A DNA stretch of 63,043 nt, filler included, from Lophium mytilinum (lineage: Eukaryota): the NCBI GenBank assembly GCA_010093605.1. It is 4 parts of 3 records of this genome, joined end to end, with 100 filler letters (N's around TTAATTAATTAA, not from the genome) between each part and the next. Parts side by side here need not be neighbours in the genome. Positions count along the whole stretch, not along the records: positions 19,633 to 41,100 come from MU004185.1; positions 41,201 to 52,180 come from MU004185.1; 2 more parts are not named here. One strand, written 5' to 3'. The position numbers and the translations under genes were made by a program. The first letter of the stretch is position 1, and the number at the start of each line of letters is the position of its first letter. The notes under the pieces are model-generated. The model was given only the letters and a program-made list of their open reading frames with translations. It was not told where the DNA came from and did no database searches. This document shows positions 37,772 to 52,180 of this stretch, piece by piece.

Positions 37772-38220
37772 TTTATATATAACTACTACTACTACTATAG
37801 CCTATATATTAATTCTAAGTTAATAGATTACTATTATATTATATATTATATATAATCCTTTATATATTTCTTCTATACTATATTATAGTAGTTGCATGCA
37901 GTAGTAGTTATACTAATTCTTAAGCGCGAGGCTATTCTTACGCTAAACCCTTTAAGTAATTTCTATTCTATGCCTGCGCACTCTATAGCCTCTCTATATC
38001 TACCTTAAGCCACCACTACGGCTTATAAATTAAATTAAAGTTAATAGAACGCTATTATATTATATTCTAAGCATTATTCTTTGCATGCATACTCTATTTC
38101 ACGTTATAGTAGTTAAATGCAGCAGTGTAAGGTTATACTGCACGCAATTCTTAAAGGTTAATTTTCTCTATATTAAACTTACTTCTCCCTATCTAACCCT
38201 AACCCTCTAGCCCCTATAAT
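37770..38220. mobile_element. Truncated tandem copy: last ~450 bp of the telomere-linked element
   Basis: Direct repeat of 37310-37760 with the same end, CCCTCTAGCCCCTATAAT. Confidence 0.92.
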
Positions 38221-41100
38221 AGTAGGAAGCCTTTCTATAATAATTCTTATAATACGCTTACCTTACTCTACTCTTAGAGAAATTATAATAGAATAAACCT
38301 ATTAGTAGAATTAGCTATAATATAACTTAATTTTACCTGCTAGATAGTAAACTTACTAAAAGGCTTAACTACTAGCTAAAAAGACGCCTAAAATAGGCTA
38401 ATTGCGGCTCTAATATAGCTAGAAAGCTGCTAACTATTATCTAGTAAGTAAGAAACTAGCGCGTAACTATTCTATAGGTAGCTAGATAAATAGAAGTAAT
38501 AGGGGTGCGGTAGTATAGAAGGAGAAGTTAGTATAAAAGTAAGAAAGTTAAAGCTACTAGGCGGTAGATAAGTTTATAGGCGGCCGGGCTAATAGCCGCC
38601 GGCTACTAAGACGCTAAGCCTTTAATAGTAAACTACTTAAGTTAACTCTTAAAATTAATATAATAGCTATATATTATATAAGGTTAAAATATCGCGGGTA
38701 TAAATATATTAGTGTTTTACTTAATTTTACTAATATATAAATATTTATAGTTAATCTATAATACTACGCTATATATTACCTAGTTCTAGTAATATAGTAC
38801 TGCGCTAAGATAGGTTAATAGAATATTGCGCGTTATTATATAACTATTTACCTATAGTATAAGGGTCTTACTAGAAAGCCTTTCTACTAGAGCCCTTTAC
38901 TACTTATATTAAGTATATCTATTATTACCTCTCTTCTTATATATATTACTGCTATATATTTACTAGATAAGTATTTACGTACTATATAAGAGCCTAGCTA
39001 GAAGCCTTTCTACTAATACTTTTTATATCTTATACTAATTACTTTACTACCTTTCTTATTAATAATTCTTCTTTATAACGCCGCCTCTACTAGTCTACCT
39101 ATTAATGCTTAAATCTATATACTCCTTAAAACTCTTCTACTTAAGCCTTATTCTTCTAGGCCTTTTACTCTAAGTTCTCTAAGTCCTCTATTTCTAAGCT
39201 ATAGTTACCTAAACTCTCTTTATACTTATACTCTTTATCTAATAACTAACTATCTATATCCCCCTCTTACTCTTTCTATATTACTAAATAATTCTAGAAT
39301 TCTTTAATTATTAGAATCCTACCTAAATAAGCCCTTAGGCTATTTAGTATATAGTACTTAAACTTAAGCTAGATATATTTTAGATTAACTTAACCTCTAG
39401 GGCCTATAGTATTATCCTCTATTATTATTATCTTTAACTTTCCTGGGCTTCCCTAGATTATATTCTATACTTTCTTTGCAACTATATCTATACTAAGGTT
39501 AACTACCCCCCTTTAAGCCTATTCTTTAATATATTAGCTTAGTTAGGCTACCTTATAGTAGTAGCTATTTAGTAGTTATATATAGATCTACTATATATTT
39601 ATAATTATATCTCTTTTCCTAATATTATCTTATATATCTTTAGAGTTATTTAGTTTAGCTTAACGCGTAGTTAAAATTTTATTGTTGTTATATCTTAGAA
39701 GAACCTAGAGTAATAATACGGCTCTTACTTATAGATTATTAAGGAATTATTCTACTGTTTTTAGTAACGCTTTATTTCTAATTATTATATTTAATCTTTA
39801 TAATTTTATATAGAAGGGACTATTATTCTATTTTTAAGTTTCTATAGCTGGATTTATAATATTAAATAGCGGCTAGACTTAATTAATCTAGCGTCTAGTT
39901 AAGTATATTAGATAATTTATATTACTATTTCTAGCTATATTCTATATATAGGCATAGCTTACTATAAGTTCTAACTTTCTATATAGCTTTATAAGCATGT
40001 TAGAATAAAGTATAACTATAAATCTATTTAGAATACTCTTAAGAAATTAGTTATATAGTTCTTTACTCTTCTATTATATCTTAGTATTTTTATTTTCTTC
40101 TATATACTATCTACTTAGAAGCTTATATATATTAGTATAGTATACCTTAATAATAAGCGCAGCTACCTTACCTATCTATAGTGGTGCTAATTGCTAATCT
40201 TTTTATACTTTAGTTCTATTTTTATATTAAATAGCTAGCGTATACTATACTATAATGCTATACTATAGATACTATATCTCTATATCCTCCCTAGTAAGAG
40301 ATACTTAGATCTAAGCTTTAGTAAATATAGCTTAAAATTAATTCCTAAGGCCGGCTTATAGTTAATTAACGCCTTAAGGGCTAAGTTATAGGGGCGTTAT
40401 TATCTAATCTAAGTACTCTAACTTTAGCTAAGCTATGCTATACTTCTTAAGGGAGTCTAATAACCTAAGGCTATATAAGGTTATAGAATTCTAGGAGTCT
40501 TTTTAATTTATCTACTCTTTTTTCTATAGTATAGATAATTAAGTAGAATTACTATATCTAGCAGTAATTTACGCAAGGCGGATATAAAGAGATGCTAAAT
40601 AACTATTTACTAGCTATTTATCTAGTATTACTATATACCTAGTATTACGCCCGGGGGTAACCTAAAGAGATAGTACCTAGAAAAGAAATACCTAGTAATT
40701 AAGGTTTATAATAGTAAAGGTATTAACTTCTTTTATAGAAAGAACCTAGTAGAGGTAATAAGGCTTACTACTATTATCTGGCCTATTCTTTATAGTAAAT
40801 TTAGGACTTGCGCTTTCTTTAAGTTACTTAAGTATAGTAAGAAGTACTTAGAACTTAGTTTAAACTCTATAGAATAAGTATCTATCTCTCTAGAGTATAG
40901 TATAGTAGTGTTAGAGAATAGTAGTAAGACTATTCTAAAGCTATTTTCTTTTTAATAATCCTCTAGAGCTATCTACTGCTTTAAACTACTACTTAATTAT
41001 TTTAGTTAAGAATATAAGAGCTTCTAGTTAAGTATTATAAAAGGGCGTAATATTCTTAATAGATAACTTAAGTATAATCTTATTACTATTATAGATTTTA
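38220..41100. mobile_element. Truncated tandem copy of the telomere-linked element (matches 30485-33365), running into the contig end
   Basis: Colinear direct repeat, visibly more RIP-mutated than copy 1. Confidence 0.92.
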
Positions 41101-41200
41101 NNNNNNNNNNNNNNNNNNNNNNNNNNNNNNNNNNNNNNNNNNNNTTAATTAATTAANNNNNNNNNNNNNNNNNNNNNNNNNNNNNNNNNNNNNNNNNNNN
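41101..41200. other. Artificial contig linker
   Basis: N44-TTAATTAATTAA-N44. Confidence 0.97.
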
Positions 41201-41929
41201 AAGAGGCCTAGAAGAATAAGGCTTAAGTAGAAGAGTTCTAAGGAGTATATAGATTTAAGTATTAATAGGTAGACTAGTAGGGGCGGCGTTATAAAGAAGA
41301 ATTATTAATAAGAAAGATAGTAAAGTAATTAGTATAAGATATAAAGAGCGTTAGTAGAAAGGCTTCTAGCTAGGCTCTTATATAGTACATAAATGCTTAT
41401 CTAGTAGGTGTATAGCGGTAATATATATAAGAAGAGAGGTAATAATAGGCGTACTTAATATAAGTAGTAAAGGGCCCTAGTAGGAAGACTTTCTAGCAAG
41501 ACCCTTATACTATAGGTAAATAGTTATATAATAATGCGCGATATTCTATTAACCTATCTTAGCGCAGTACTATATTACTAGAACTAGGTAATATATAGCG
41601 TAGTATTATAGATTAACCGTAAATATTTATATATTGGCGAAATTAAGTAAAATACTAATATATTTACACCTGCAATATTTTAACCTTATACAATATATAG
41701 CTATTATATTAACCTTAAGAGTTAACTTAAGTAGTTTACTATTAAAGGCTTAGCGTTTTAGCGGCCGGCGGCTATTAGCCCAGCCGCCTATAAACTTATC
41801 CGCCGCCTAGCAGCTTTAACTTCTTTACTTCTATACTAACCTCTTCTTCTATACCACCGCACCCCTATTACTTCCACTTATCTAGCTACCTGCGGAACAG
41901 TTGCGCGCTAGTTTCTTACTTGCTAGATA

Positions 41930-44900
41930 ATAGTTAGTAGCTTTCTAGCTACGTTGGAGCCGCAATTAGCTTATTTTAGGCGTCTTTTTAGCTAGCGGTT
42001 AAGCCTTTTAGTAAGTTTACTATCTAGTAGGTAAAATTAAGTTATATTATAGCTAATTCTACTAACAGGTTTATTCTATTGCAATTTCTCTAAGAGTAGA
42101 GTAAGGTAAGCGTATTATAAGAATTATTACAGGAAGGCTTCCTGCTAGGGCCCTTTACTAGTCTTAGTAGATTAGTCTGCCTTAATTTTAAAGATGCGGC
42201 GGTAGAAAATGTTAAGAAAATAATAATACTAAAAATACCCGGTATAGTGTAAAGGGTCTTAGTAGAAAGCCTTTCTACTAGGGCTCTTTATCTACCTTCT
42301 TTCTTCTATTATTTAAGATAAGCTAATATATTAATAGGCTAGCTATAAATACCTTAAGTAATAGGGACCCTAGCAAAGTAGTAGTAAAGATTACATCCCT
42401 GCGCATATTACCTGCAACTAACCTAGTAGATAGCTATAAGAAACTATCTACTTCTTCTAAAGTACTAGAAAATCTAAATTCTACCTTCCTACTAGTTACT
42501 AAATTGGGGGTTAAGGCCCATGTTAATTTAAAGCGCAATTAGCCGGCCACTATAATAGATCTAGAGACGCTTACATTAGTAAATAGTAAAGTAGTTTATC
42601 TAGATAGCGATAACTATAGTAATAACTCTAATGTCCCTAAAAACTTTAATAAAGAGCAAGAAAAGCTTTAAGCGCTAGTTACTAGCAGTAGGAAAGATAA
42701 AGAGTTAGAGAAGTTATAGGCCTTAGTAAACACGCTATATGCTAGTAGAATAAAGTTAGCTAAGCTTTATAGTTAAATAAAAGTAGAACTTAAAGTAATT
42801 CTAGCTAAGCCTAATTTCTAAGTAATTTAAAATAAGTATAAGGATAGGTATTTAGACCTAAAGCGCGCCGTATATAGTTAGAATTAAGGGGCTAGTTTTA
42901 CTACTATTCTAAACGCTTTTAAGACTAGTAAGTTGCATAATCTACAGCAATATACTACTCCTTAGCCTAAGACGGATAACTATAAACCCGTGGATTAGGT
43001 AGCTTAATTTATTAGTTAATGCTTTAATTACTACTAGAAGCGGTTTAGTAGGTTTTTATATAACTGCGCTAATGTTACTAATAATAAAGCGCTTAGAATC
43101 TTCTTTAAATTAAAGAAAAATATAGAATTTAAGAGTGGCCTATCTTAAGCTAGCAGGACTGCCTATACTAAGAACTAAATTAAGATATAGAATGTTCTTT
43201 AAAAAATAAAGCTTAGTCTAGCACTAGCACCTAAGACCCCGGCTAAAACTATTACTTATAGCAGTAAGAATATTAATAGGAAGCCTTCCCGTTAAGGCCC
43301 TTCTAGGCCTCCCTGTTAGCAGTCGCCCTCTTATTTTACTAAGGAGGAACTCGCGGCCATTAATATAGAGGTTAACGTAGATAACTCTATCTAGGGGTTA
43401 TCTAAAGAGGAAATTACTATAAACCTAGTTAATAAGGAGAAAGGTAATATTAACGTTACTAGCGCTAAGTATATTACCGGCACTATAAAATAGGAGCTTA
43501 AGTTAGTAATTATGCATGCTAAGCGCACTAGAGTAATAATTAACTAGAACTTATTAAAGTTTTAATATAACGCATATTAGGTAATTAGATAGATAGTAGA
43601 AGATTTTATACATGCTATTAAATAGCACCTAAACATGCGCGCTGCAGATCTAAATAAGGACGAGTACGCTAATCTAGATAGTATTAAACATGCCTAAGAT
43701 ATAGAGGCTAATATAAGGGCTACTGCTATTAATATAAAGGATATTATCCCCTTTACTATACTAACCGCGGTAGATCTTACAACGTAGAGTACACTCCNNN
43801 NNNNNNNNNNNNNNNNNNNNNNNNNNNNNNNNNNNNNNNNNNNNNNNNNNNNNNNNNCTTATTAGATATATAAGTAATTTCTCTTTAAAGAGTATTAATA
43901 GAAAGCCTTTCTACTACCCCCCTAATAGTTTCTCTTAGCATCTACTAATTTAATTATAGCTTATTGCTGAGCGCTAGCGCAAAGTTGCAGATAAGAAAGA
44001 CCCTAGGCCGGTAAAGCCCTTCCTTTTTCTTATACCTTCTGTTTTAGTATACTAAATAGTAAATAAACTTATAAAGTTTAGTTCTAAACTTAAGCTCTAT
44101 ATCTATTTATTAAAGGGCTAAGTTACTTTCTATAGCGCCACGTTTCTATATAACACCTTAACTAGGGACTATCCCTTATTTAATACTAAAAATGAGACGA
44201 ATACTAAGAGTATTATAATCGCCAGCTATTAGGTAATAGCTAGTTAGCACGGTCCCCAGCCCGCATTAAAGTGGTATAGCAATAACAACCTTGCTAAGCT
44301 AAAGAACTAGGTTAAATATTACCTAAGCTCTACCTAGCCTAGTCTCTTAAGTAGCTATTTTAACGTCTAATTTATAGATAAGTGCTAGCTTATTAAAAGC
44401 AACTAAGTAAATCTCTACCTAACTATGTTATAGCTTTACTTAGACTTTACTATACTCTATAGTAGGACCCTACTATATATAGGCATTACTAATATGCCTG
44501 CTTATATATCTTTTATAGAACTAAGAGATAAGCATCTATAATTCCGCACGTACCGCTTAAAACCTAGTAAAGCTAAGTTTATTCTAGGTACTAATAATCC
44601 ATTTAAGCTTCCTAATAACTATTTAGGTATAATTTTCTAGTATACACGCAAGGCTTTTAAAAATTTTATTCTATCTTTATTTAACCTGTAAGTTATTATA
44701 TAAAGGGCCCTAGTAGAAAGGCTTCTAGCTAGGGCCCTTATCTCTCCTCTTATTTACTTTAATTTTCTAACATTTCTCTAGAATTATATAGGGGCTTTAT
44801 TTACGCTTAATTTTTAGCAAGTATATAATTACTTACTTATACCCTTCTATATGCCTAAATAATTCTACTAATCCTGCCACCCGAATTAGAGGATTACTTC

Positions 44901-47560
44901 TGCGGTTAGTTATGCAAGTAATTAAGCTATAGCCTATAAAACTAGGCTATATTATCTATGCTAATAAATCGCTAAGCTACCTTAAGTTATTAATAGTTTC
45001 TACTAAGAACCGCGTAGGCTAGCGCACCTATGCATTTAACGCATGCTCCGTGCGTGCTCTTAACCTTATAAGTACTACGCCATTTTTAGTCTACTCTAAG
45101 CGCGCTATAATAGCATATCCGTAAGAGAAGGTCTTAGATTTAGAGGGTAATAAGATTAAAAACGGCCCGAAAATTATCCCTCTTAAGAATAATGGCGGTT
45201 ACTAGTTAAAGGAAATAGACATTTTGCAAGGTATAATAAAGTAAATTGCCTAGAATAAGGACGTCTAAACTAACCCTAATTAGAAAGACTTTAAAGTAAA
45301 GTCCGCACCCTTTTATTATATTATTACCCTTTTTATCCGTAATGCCCCTAAAGTAGCTGCACTACTATACTATTTAGCTAATAACGTTATTAAGCGTATA
45401 GAGAAGGTTATTATCTAGACTAACTACCTAGATAAGTAAATAATTCTTGCTAAGATTATTAACTATTATAAAATAGATGCTTATATACTAGCCTCTAATC
45501 TCTCTACTACTAACCGGGACAACCTTATCTTATTATTTAATAACCCTAACTCTAAAGTAAAGATCCTTATTACTAGTTACTAGGCTAATAGAGCTAGGCT
45601 TAATCTATAGTCTACTTATTATAATATATATCTTTTTAACCCTGCAGGCTCTATTTAGATTAAGAAGCAGGCAATAGCGCATTTATATAGAATTAGCTAG
45701 AAGTTTACTATTATAGTAACCGCGTTCTTTATCTAGGATACATTTAATACCTTTACTCTCTCGCGCTAGGTGTAGATAGCGCTTTCCGGTCTTACTACTG
45801 CGTTAAATACTAACTAGATTAAGGTAGAGGGGACCTCTAAGGAAAAGCTAACCCTAGATAGCTAGTATATATAGGTAACCTATAATAATAAGAGTATTAT
45901 ACCCCGCCTTATTATAGGCGAAATAGATATTTTAAATATGCTAGTAGAATTATATATTAAGCGCTTTAACTCCCTATAAGATATTCTTATATTTTTAATA
46001 ACCCTTATGCAAGGCAATATAACTTTTTAGTCTAGTAGGTTTAGTAATAAGTTTTAAGAAGAATAAGTATATAAATTTACTAAATTGGAATTAGAAGAAG
46101 AGTAGAAGAAGGGTATAAGTAGAGCGCCTAAGAAACCGCGTATTAATAAGCTAGGTTTAAGGCTTAAGTGTTATCCTGCAAGTAGTAAGTTCGCCCTTAT
46201 AGGTTCTAGCGGGAAGGCTTCCTGCTAGGGCCCTACTTACCTTTTTATACTTTACTAATCCGTGTTTTATAGTAAAAGCCACCCTAAAGCCGAAGCTAAA
46301 GACGCTAGAGTAATAAAATAGTAAAGCTTTAAAGTAGAAGCGTAAAGCTAGTGCTGCACTAGCAGCTGCTATTAAGAAGTATAAGCCTAACCCTAAGTCT
46401 ACTATTATAGTTAAAGACTTAGATTCTACTAAATCTAATATGCCTACCCCTATAAAGAGCGCTACTAGAAAGGCTTATGCCCCTTTTATCTATTAATATA
46501 GGCCGGAGCGTAACTCTTTATATTAAGTACCCGCTATTTTTAGTAATATAGACGGCAACAACTCTTTTAGTAGACTAAATAGTAATAACTCTAAAGGTAA
46601 AGAGTATAAGGATAATACTTTATTCCTTATAAAGTATATAGGTAAGAATTTATCCTAGGGCCTTTTTAGGAAGCCTTTCTACTAGGGCCCTTTAGTATTA
46701 CCTATTATATTACTTAAGTGCTAACTATTATAGTAGCTTCTACTTCTGCCCGTTAACCTACTTTAACTCTACCTTCTAGCCCTCTTAGTACCTTTAATAG
46801 ACGCCTTATTAGGACCCCTTCTATAAACCCCGTCCCGTCGCCTAATATATAGAAGAAGAGGCAGCGTAAAATATCTACTATCTTCTTATAGAATTCTATA
46901 GATAATCTAGTTTTTTATTTACTACTAAAAGCCAACATTAATATAGATAATAACTAGACTAAGAGTAATAAGTAGAATAAGAAGAATATTAAAACCCCCG
47001 ATGTTAATATAGAGAATATCCCGTTTAAGACTAATAAGTAAAATAGGGGGTATCTTAATAATTACCTAGATTTTAATGCTACGCTATCTAAAGTTACCTT
47101 TAAGCATAATAGTAACTATAGTAGTAACTTAAACGACCCGCTAGAATTTATGGAAGAGGCCTTATAGCTAACCTTAAAGACTATATCCTCTAGTAATACT
47201 AATAAGGGTTAGAAGCGCTAAGGCGCAAAAAAGAAGCCCACTATAAAGAAGGATAAAGCGGCTAAGAAAGACTCTATATCTAAATCCCTTATATATTATC
47301 TATATAAGTATATAATAGAGAAAGAGATTACTAAGTAGCGCCCTTAGCGCGAAAGAAAGGCTACTAAGAAGAAAGCTGCCGCGTAGAAGTCTATAAACTC
47401 TACTAGACTAAAAATAGACCTATATAGGCGGAAGAATAATTCTAATATTAGCTAACCGCCCGCGGTATTAGGTGTAGATACTAACCCTAATAGTAAAGAG
47501 GATAGTAGTAAATTAGAGGGGACTAGTATAGCGCTAGAGAAGTCTAATAGTAAGGTATAA
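41930..47560 (+). pseudogene. SNF2-family ATPase, second copy (Walker A falls in the 43798-43857 gap)
   Basis: Same motifs on +: KPFLFL (~44014), DECQLIK (~44377), GLNLQ...RLYRIGQ (~45596-45700). Introns at 42011-42068, 42106-42337, 43870-43959, 44688-44781, 46185-46272 and 46642-46733. Confidence 0.88.
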
Positions 47561-49206
47561 CTAGTAGGGTCTTTATAGAAAGGCTTTCTATAGAGGCCCT
47601 TACCCTACTTTTTAGATTTAGTTTAGTATCTCTTAATATCTTTTTCTTTTTCTTTCTAACGGTTCTAATTAGGACTACTTTTCTTACTATTAGTTTGCAC
47701 CTACTTACTTAGTACTGCTAACTTTTTACTATTCTAATTTCTTACTTGCGTTCTATCCTCTACCCCCTAATAGTTAGTACTACTCTATAGTAGTAGTATA
47801 CTTTATACCCTTAAAATCTTCTAGTTTATATTTAGCCTCTAGATAGCGGCTTGCTTAACTATAGAATATAGCGTAATATTTACTACTATAACTATGCCTT
47901 GTATATCTTATGCGTAATATAATATTTATTTTATTTATCTATATTATAGGGGGCGGTCTTATCTACCGTAGTTTATATAGTTAGGGAGGGTAATTACATT
48001 TTAATACTACTCTATTATATCTGCACTATTAGTATATGCTCCCTATCTTTTTTACAGTAAAGAATCTGCTATTATATACCCTATAATTTAACCCTCTTTA
48101 CTAATATTAGTTATACGGCTAGGCCAAGTCCTCTCTATAGACCCCATTTATTAACACGCTATATATAACTTTATTCTATCTATAGTTCCCTAAAGTATAT
48201 ATTATTATATAATGCCTAAACTAACTAGAAGAAGAGTTATTTATATATATTATTATTAAGTCTTCTATATACTAGGTAGTAGAAGGTAATTTAGGTGTTG
48301 CAGTTATACTTTCTAGTTTATTGGCGATGTATTTAGACCTGCTTATTATTAGTAAGGATAGTAATTCTTAAGGGGTTACAGTCTTACCGTTTATTACTTT
48401 TAATATAACTTTCCTTCTTCTTATAGTTATAAATAGTCTCTATATTATAAATAAAACTACTCTTTTATTCTAGTATTTTCCTTTACTTCTATTCTTATAG
48501 CTATCTTAATAAGCGCTTTAGCTATATAAGCTTTCTCCTTGCAACTAAATCTAGGGTAGCATTTATAACCTTGCGCCTAGACAGGGTATTAGGCGTAGTA
48601 AGGGGAGAAGCTAACTGCTCTATTAGGATATACGTATTAGGTAGACGTGGATATATCTGCCCCTGCTAAACGTTATCCTTAGCGTTTAGAGTTGCTGTGC
48701 TACTGCACGTTAACCTTAGTATACCGGGCTATATTTTATATACTTTAGCCTAGTTTAGAGTTGCAGCCGTCTCTATATTAGGTTAGGCCGCTTCTTATCT
48801 TATAAATATCCACCAGAACGCTCTAGAAAGAATATATATAGTATACTAATTAAAACTTACATATAGTATTATACGTAGGCTGCTACTATACTATAAGGGG
48901 TAGGTAGTAGTTAGAAAAAGGTTTAATGCGCTAGTTTCTATTAATCTTAGTATATTACGTGCTAACCTCTTATATTCTACCTATACTTATAATTAACCTT
49001 TAGAGGTTAACTCTATATACTATATATAAATAGCAGCTTTAAGAGTTTTATTTTATTACTATACTATATATATATTTTACCTTAGGCGGGACTAGTAGGT
49101 CCCTATAATATACAGTTTATGTAACTATACTCTACGTTACTTTAGCGCCCGCCCGATTTACTCTTCCTCTTTTTTCTTACTTCTTTAGCTTATTCCTCTC
49201 TACACT

Positions 49207-52119
49207 ATAGCTATAGGTAAACTAATAGCTAGAACTAGTATAGAAGAGACTCTTAATTATATTTAAAGCACTTTAGAGAGATAGTTTAATAGTATATAAA
49301 GTTTTAAAGCCGGTAGGCCGTAGAAATACCTATATAACTAACTTAAAAGAGTAGCACGCTAAGAATAGCACCGCTATAATAGGCACACTAATAGGCTTAG
49401 ATACTATTACTTAGGACCCTCTCCTTAACTCTAATATATCTAGTAATGCCGCAGATCTCGCTGCATAAAACGCTAGAGAGGAGTCTTTATTATTTATTCC
49501 TAAAATAACTTCTAAGCTAGCTAATATAGACTAACCCTATATAACTAAACTACTTACTATAGAGGATACTACTAACTCTACCTGCATCCATGCCTAGAGA
49601 GAAGCACTTCTTGCAACTATCTAGAATTAAAATAGAGGTTCCCTCTTTAGTAATAGCCTAGGCACGCCTACTAATACTACTCTTAATATGCAGCCTACTA
49701 TAACTAAGTCTTAAACTCTCTATAACTATACTAACCCCCTATTCTAAGCTACTAGAGATAGCGCCCCACCTTCTAAGTCTAATATTAATATTAAGCCTAA
49801 ACTAGCTAATAAAGTTAATATAAAGATTAAGCCTAGTATTAAGATTAAGCCTAGCCTTATAAGTAGCCTAGATACTATAAGTTTTTTAAGAATAATTCTA
49901 AGAATAAGGAGCTCCTGCGCTTATAGATTAATATAGAAGAGAAGGAGGCAAGGGCTATATAAATAAGGTTTAAGGCTATAGCTAGAGAGCGGAAGCAGTA
50001 GGGCCTAATCTACTTCTAAATCTAAACCTTAGATAGAAGTAGCAGCGCCCTAACCTATTTCTATCTCTACGCGCTTATTAGTAAATACCTAACTCTTTAT
50101 CTAGCGCTGCTAGGCCCTTACTATTCTCTAACCTATCTTCTCCTTTAATAGTAACGCGTCCCTACTCTTCTAGAACTGCACCCTAGCCCTCTACGCCGCC
50201 TACGCGGAAATTGTCTAATAGGCTTTACTCTTTTACTTTATCTTACTCTTATTTTCTTCTTTAATAGCTTTATCTCTGCTCTTCTACTATTAGTCTTATC
50301 TTCTTCTACTATAGCGGAGCCTCTAGACTTAACCCCTAGTAATGGCACTAGTTTACCCTTTACTACTATAGCAAAACCTAAAGATTTATCTTCTATTACT
50401 ACTACTACTGCGTTACTAACTTGCAAGCCCTAAAATTACGGACATTATAGGAAGAAAGCTACTCTAAGGTATAGTTACTGCGCCAGCGTTATCTACTGCA
50501 ATGCGGATTGTTAAAAGGCTAACTAGAAATTATTTAATGCGCTGCCTTCTTATATAAAGGTTATTGCACTATAATAAGACTTCTATACTTTAGCTTAAAT
50601 TTACTAATAGACGGTAAAGAGTGTAAAGTTTAGTAGATTATTTAAGGGGTAGAAATTAAAATGGGCTCTAGCTTTATTATATAACTATAAGCTGTAATAT
50701 ACTTTACCTCTTATAAACTTAGCCCGCTACGCATAAATATAGAGTCTCTTCTATCTAAGTACTAAAGAATAACTTCTAGTAGAGTAGCTATAGCTACCCT
50801 AGCTTATATAGATTAAACTAGCACCCTACCTTAGTCTTCTTAGGCTAGCCTTTAACCTTATATATATACTAGCGTAGGTAGTAATAATTATTCTTATTCT
50901 TTCTTTATACTAAGCTTAATTACTACGCCGCTTTCTAGCTTTAAAAAGAAAAGAAAGATAGAGGTTATAGCTTCTCTTAGTAGTTAGAACTCTACCCCGC
51001 CGTTAATAGATTAAATATATAGAGGCTCTATTCTAGATGCCCTAAGTATACTATAAAACCTTTTTAGCATTAATAAGTTTAAGAAGTAGTATAAAGCCGC
51101 TATTACCGCCGCTAGAGCCTAAGCCTAATCTACTCTCTAACCTATCCCTATCTCTATACGCTTATTAGTAAATACCTAGCTCTTTATCTAGCACTACTAG
51201 GCCCTTACTATCCCCTAACCTATCTTCTTATTTAACGGTAACGCCTTTCTACTCTTCTAGAACTATACTCTAACCCTCTACGCCGCCGGCTTCCTCTACT
51301 TTCTTACTACTACTAGCCCCTTTACCTCTAAGAAAAAAGCTAAAGAAGCCGCCTCTACTCTTAGCCTTGCCCTCCTCTCCTCTCTTAAAGCCTCGGGTAT
51401 AGTCTCCACCCCTAGTAAAACTAAAAAATATACTTTAACTTTAACTTCTACTACTACTACCTCTAAGGAACCCTAGGAAAACTTTACTAGCATTCTTATA
51501 GAATTCTACTAAGCCTCTAAAATCTCTATTCTAACCTTTACTAAGTTTAAAGCCGGCACCTACTTTTCTACTAAGCTATTACTAGCCTTGCACTGCCCGG
51601 AGGACGCCCCCTTTAGCGGCCGCGCTATGCTCTACCTATTAAAGAAAGCAGCTTATATAGCTATAGTAAGGGAGGCAGTACTCTAGCTATATATAGAAAT
51701 AGCTACCTGCTATATATAAGCCCGCGTCTGTAAAAAAGTAGTAGAAGATAGTAGGGGGTTCTAAAAACGCCGCGGTATAGCTACCGGGTAGTGCAGTAGC
51801 GCAGGTACTAGCGCTAGTAAGTAAGCTAGGGCTACCGCAGCTAGAGTATTAGTAGGCGGCGCTAAGTGTGCTAGCGCCGGGGCTATCTATAGTAAGTAGT
51901 TTATTCCCAGGAAGTAGAGTAGGCAGGGAGGATAGGGTAGTAGCAGTAGTAAGATATATAGTTAGAAAGAAGGCGGTAAAAGAGAAGTATGCGCAGTTAA
52001 TAGTAATAGAGTTAGAAGGAGTATTAGAGAGGAGGAAGGGGGTGTTAGAAAAGGTATTAGAGAAGGGAAAGAGGGAGGTAGAGATAAGGGAGGGAAATAA
52101 GAACTATTATTCTTATTAG
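49207..52119 (+). pseudogene. MYND-finger gene, second copy
   Basis: MYND pattern at ~50430-50525 (...ATCTACTGCAATGCGGATTGT = IYCNADC). Confidence 0.62.
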
Positions 52120-52180
52120 AAGTATAGAGAGATATATAATAGAAACTTATTTATACTTACTTAATTTAGGTTATAGTAGG

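Larger units (their letters stand above)
41201..52180. mobile_element. Separate-contig copy of the telomere-linked element (reverse complement of 20294-31431)
   Basis: Both ends match on the opposite strand. Differences are mostly transitions plus an 18-bp in-frame indel near 46951-46968. Confidence 0.92.

Noticed and set aside
22048..50426. Listed small ORFs (e.g. 22048, 24945, 26009, 32900, 34236, 50238) as independent genes
   Set aside because: They are antisense shadows or stop-free fragments of the RIP-degraded genes. 8059-8328, 27434-27655 and 51868-52119 are in-frame remnants of pol, SNF2 and the MYND gene.
20294..52180. Giant 11-kb inverted repeat or palindromic chromosome arm
   Set aside because: The two arms are on different contigs separated by a linker, so relative orientation is arbitrary.
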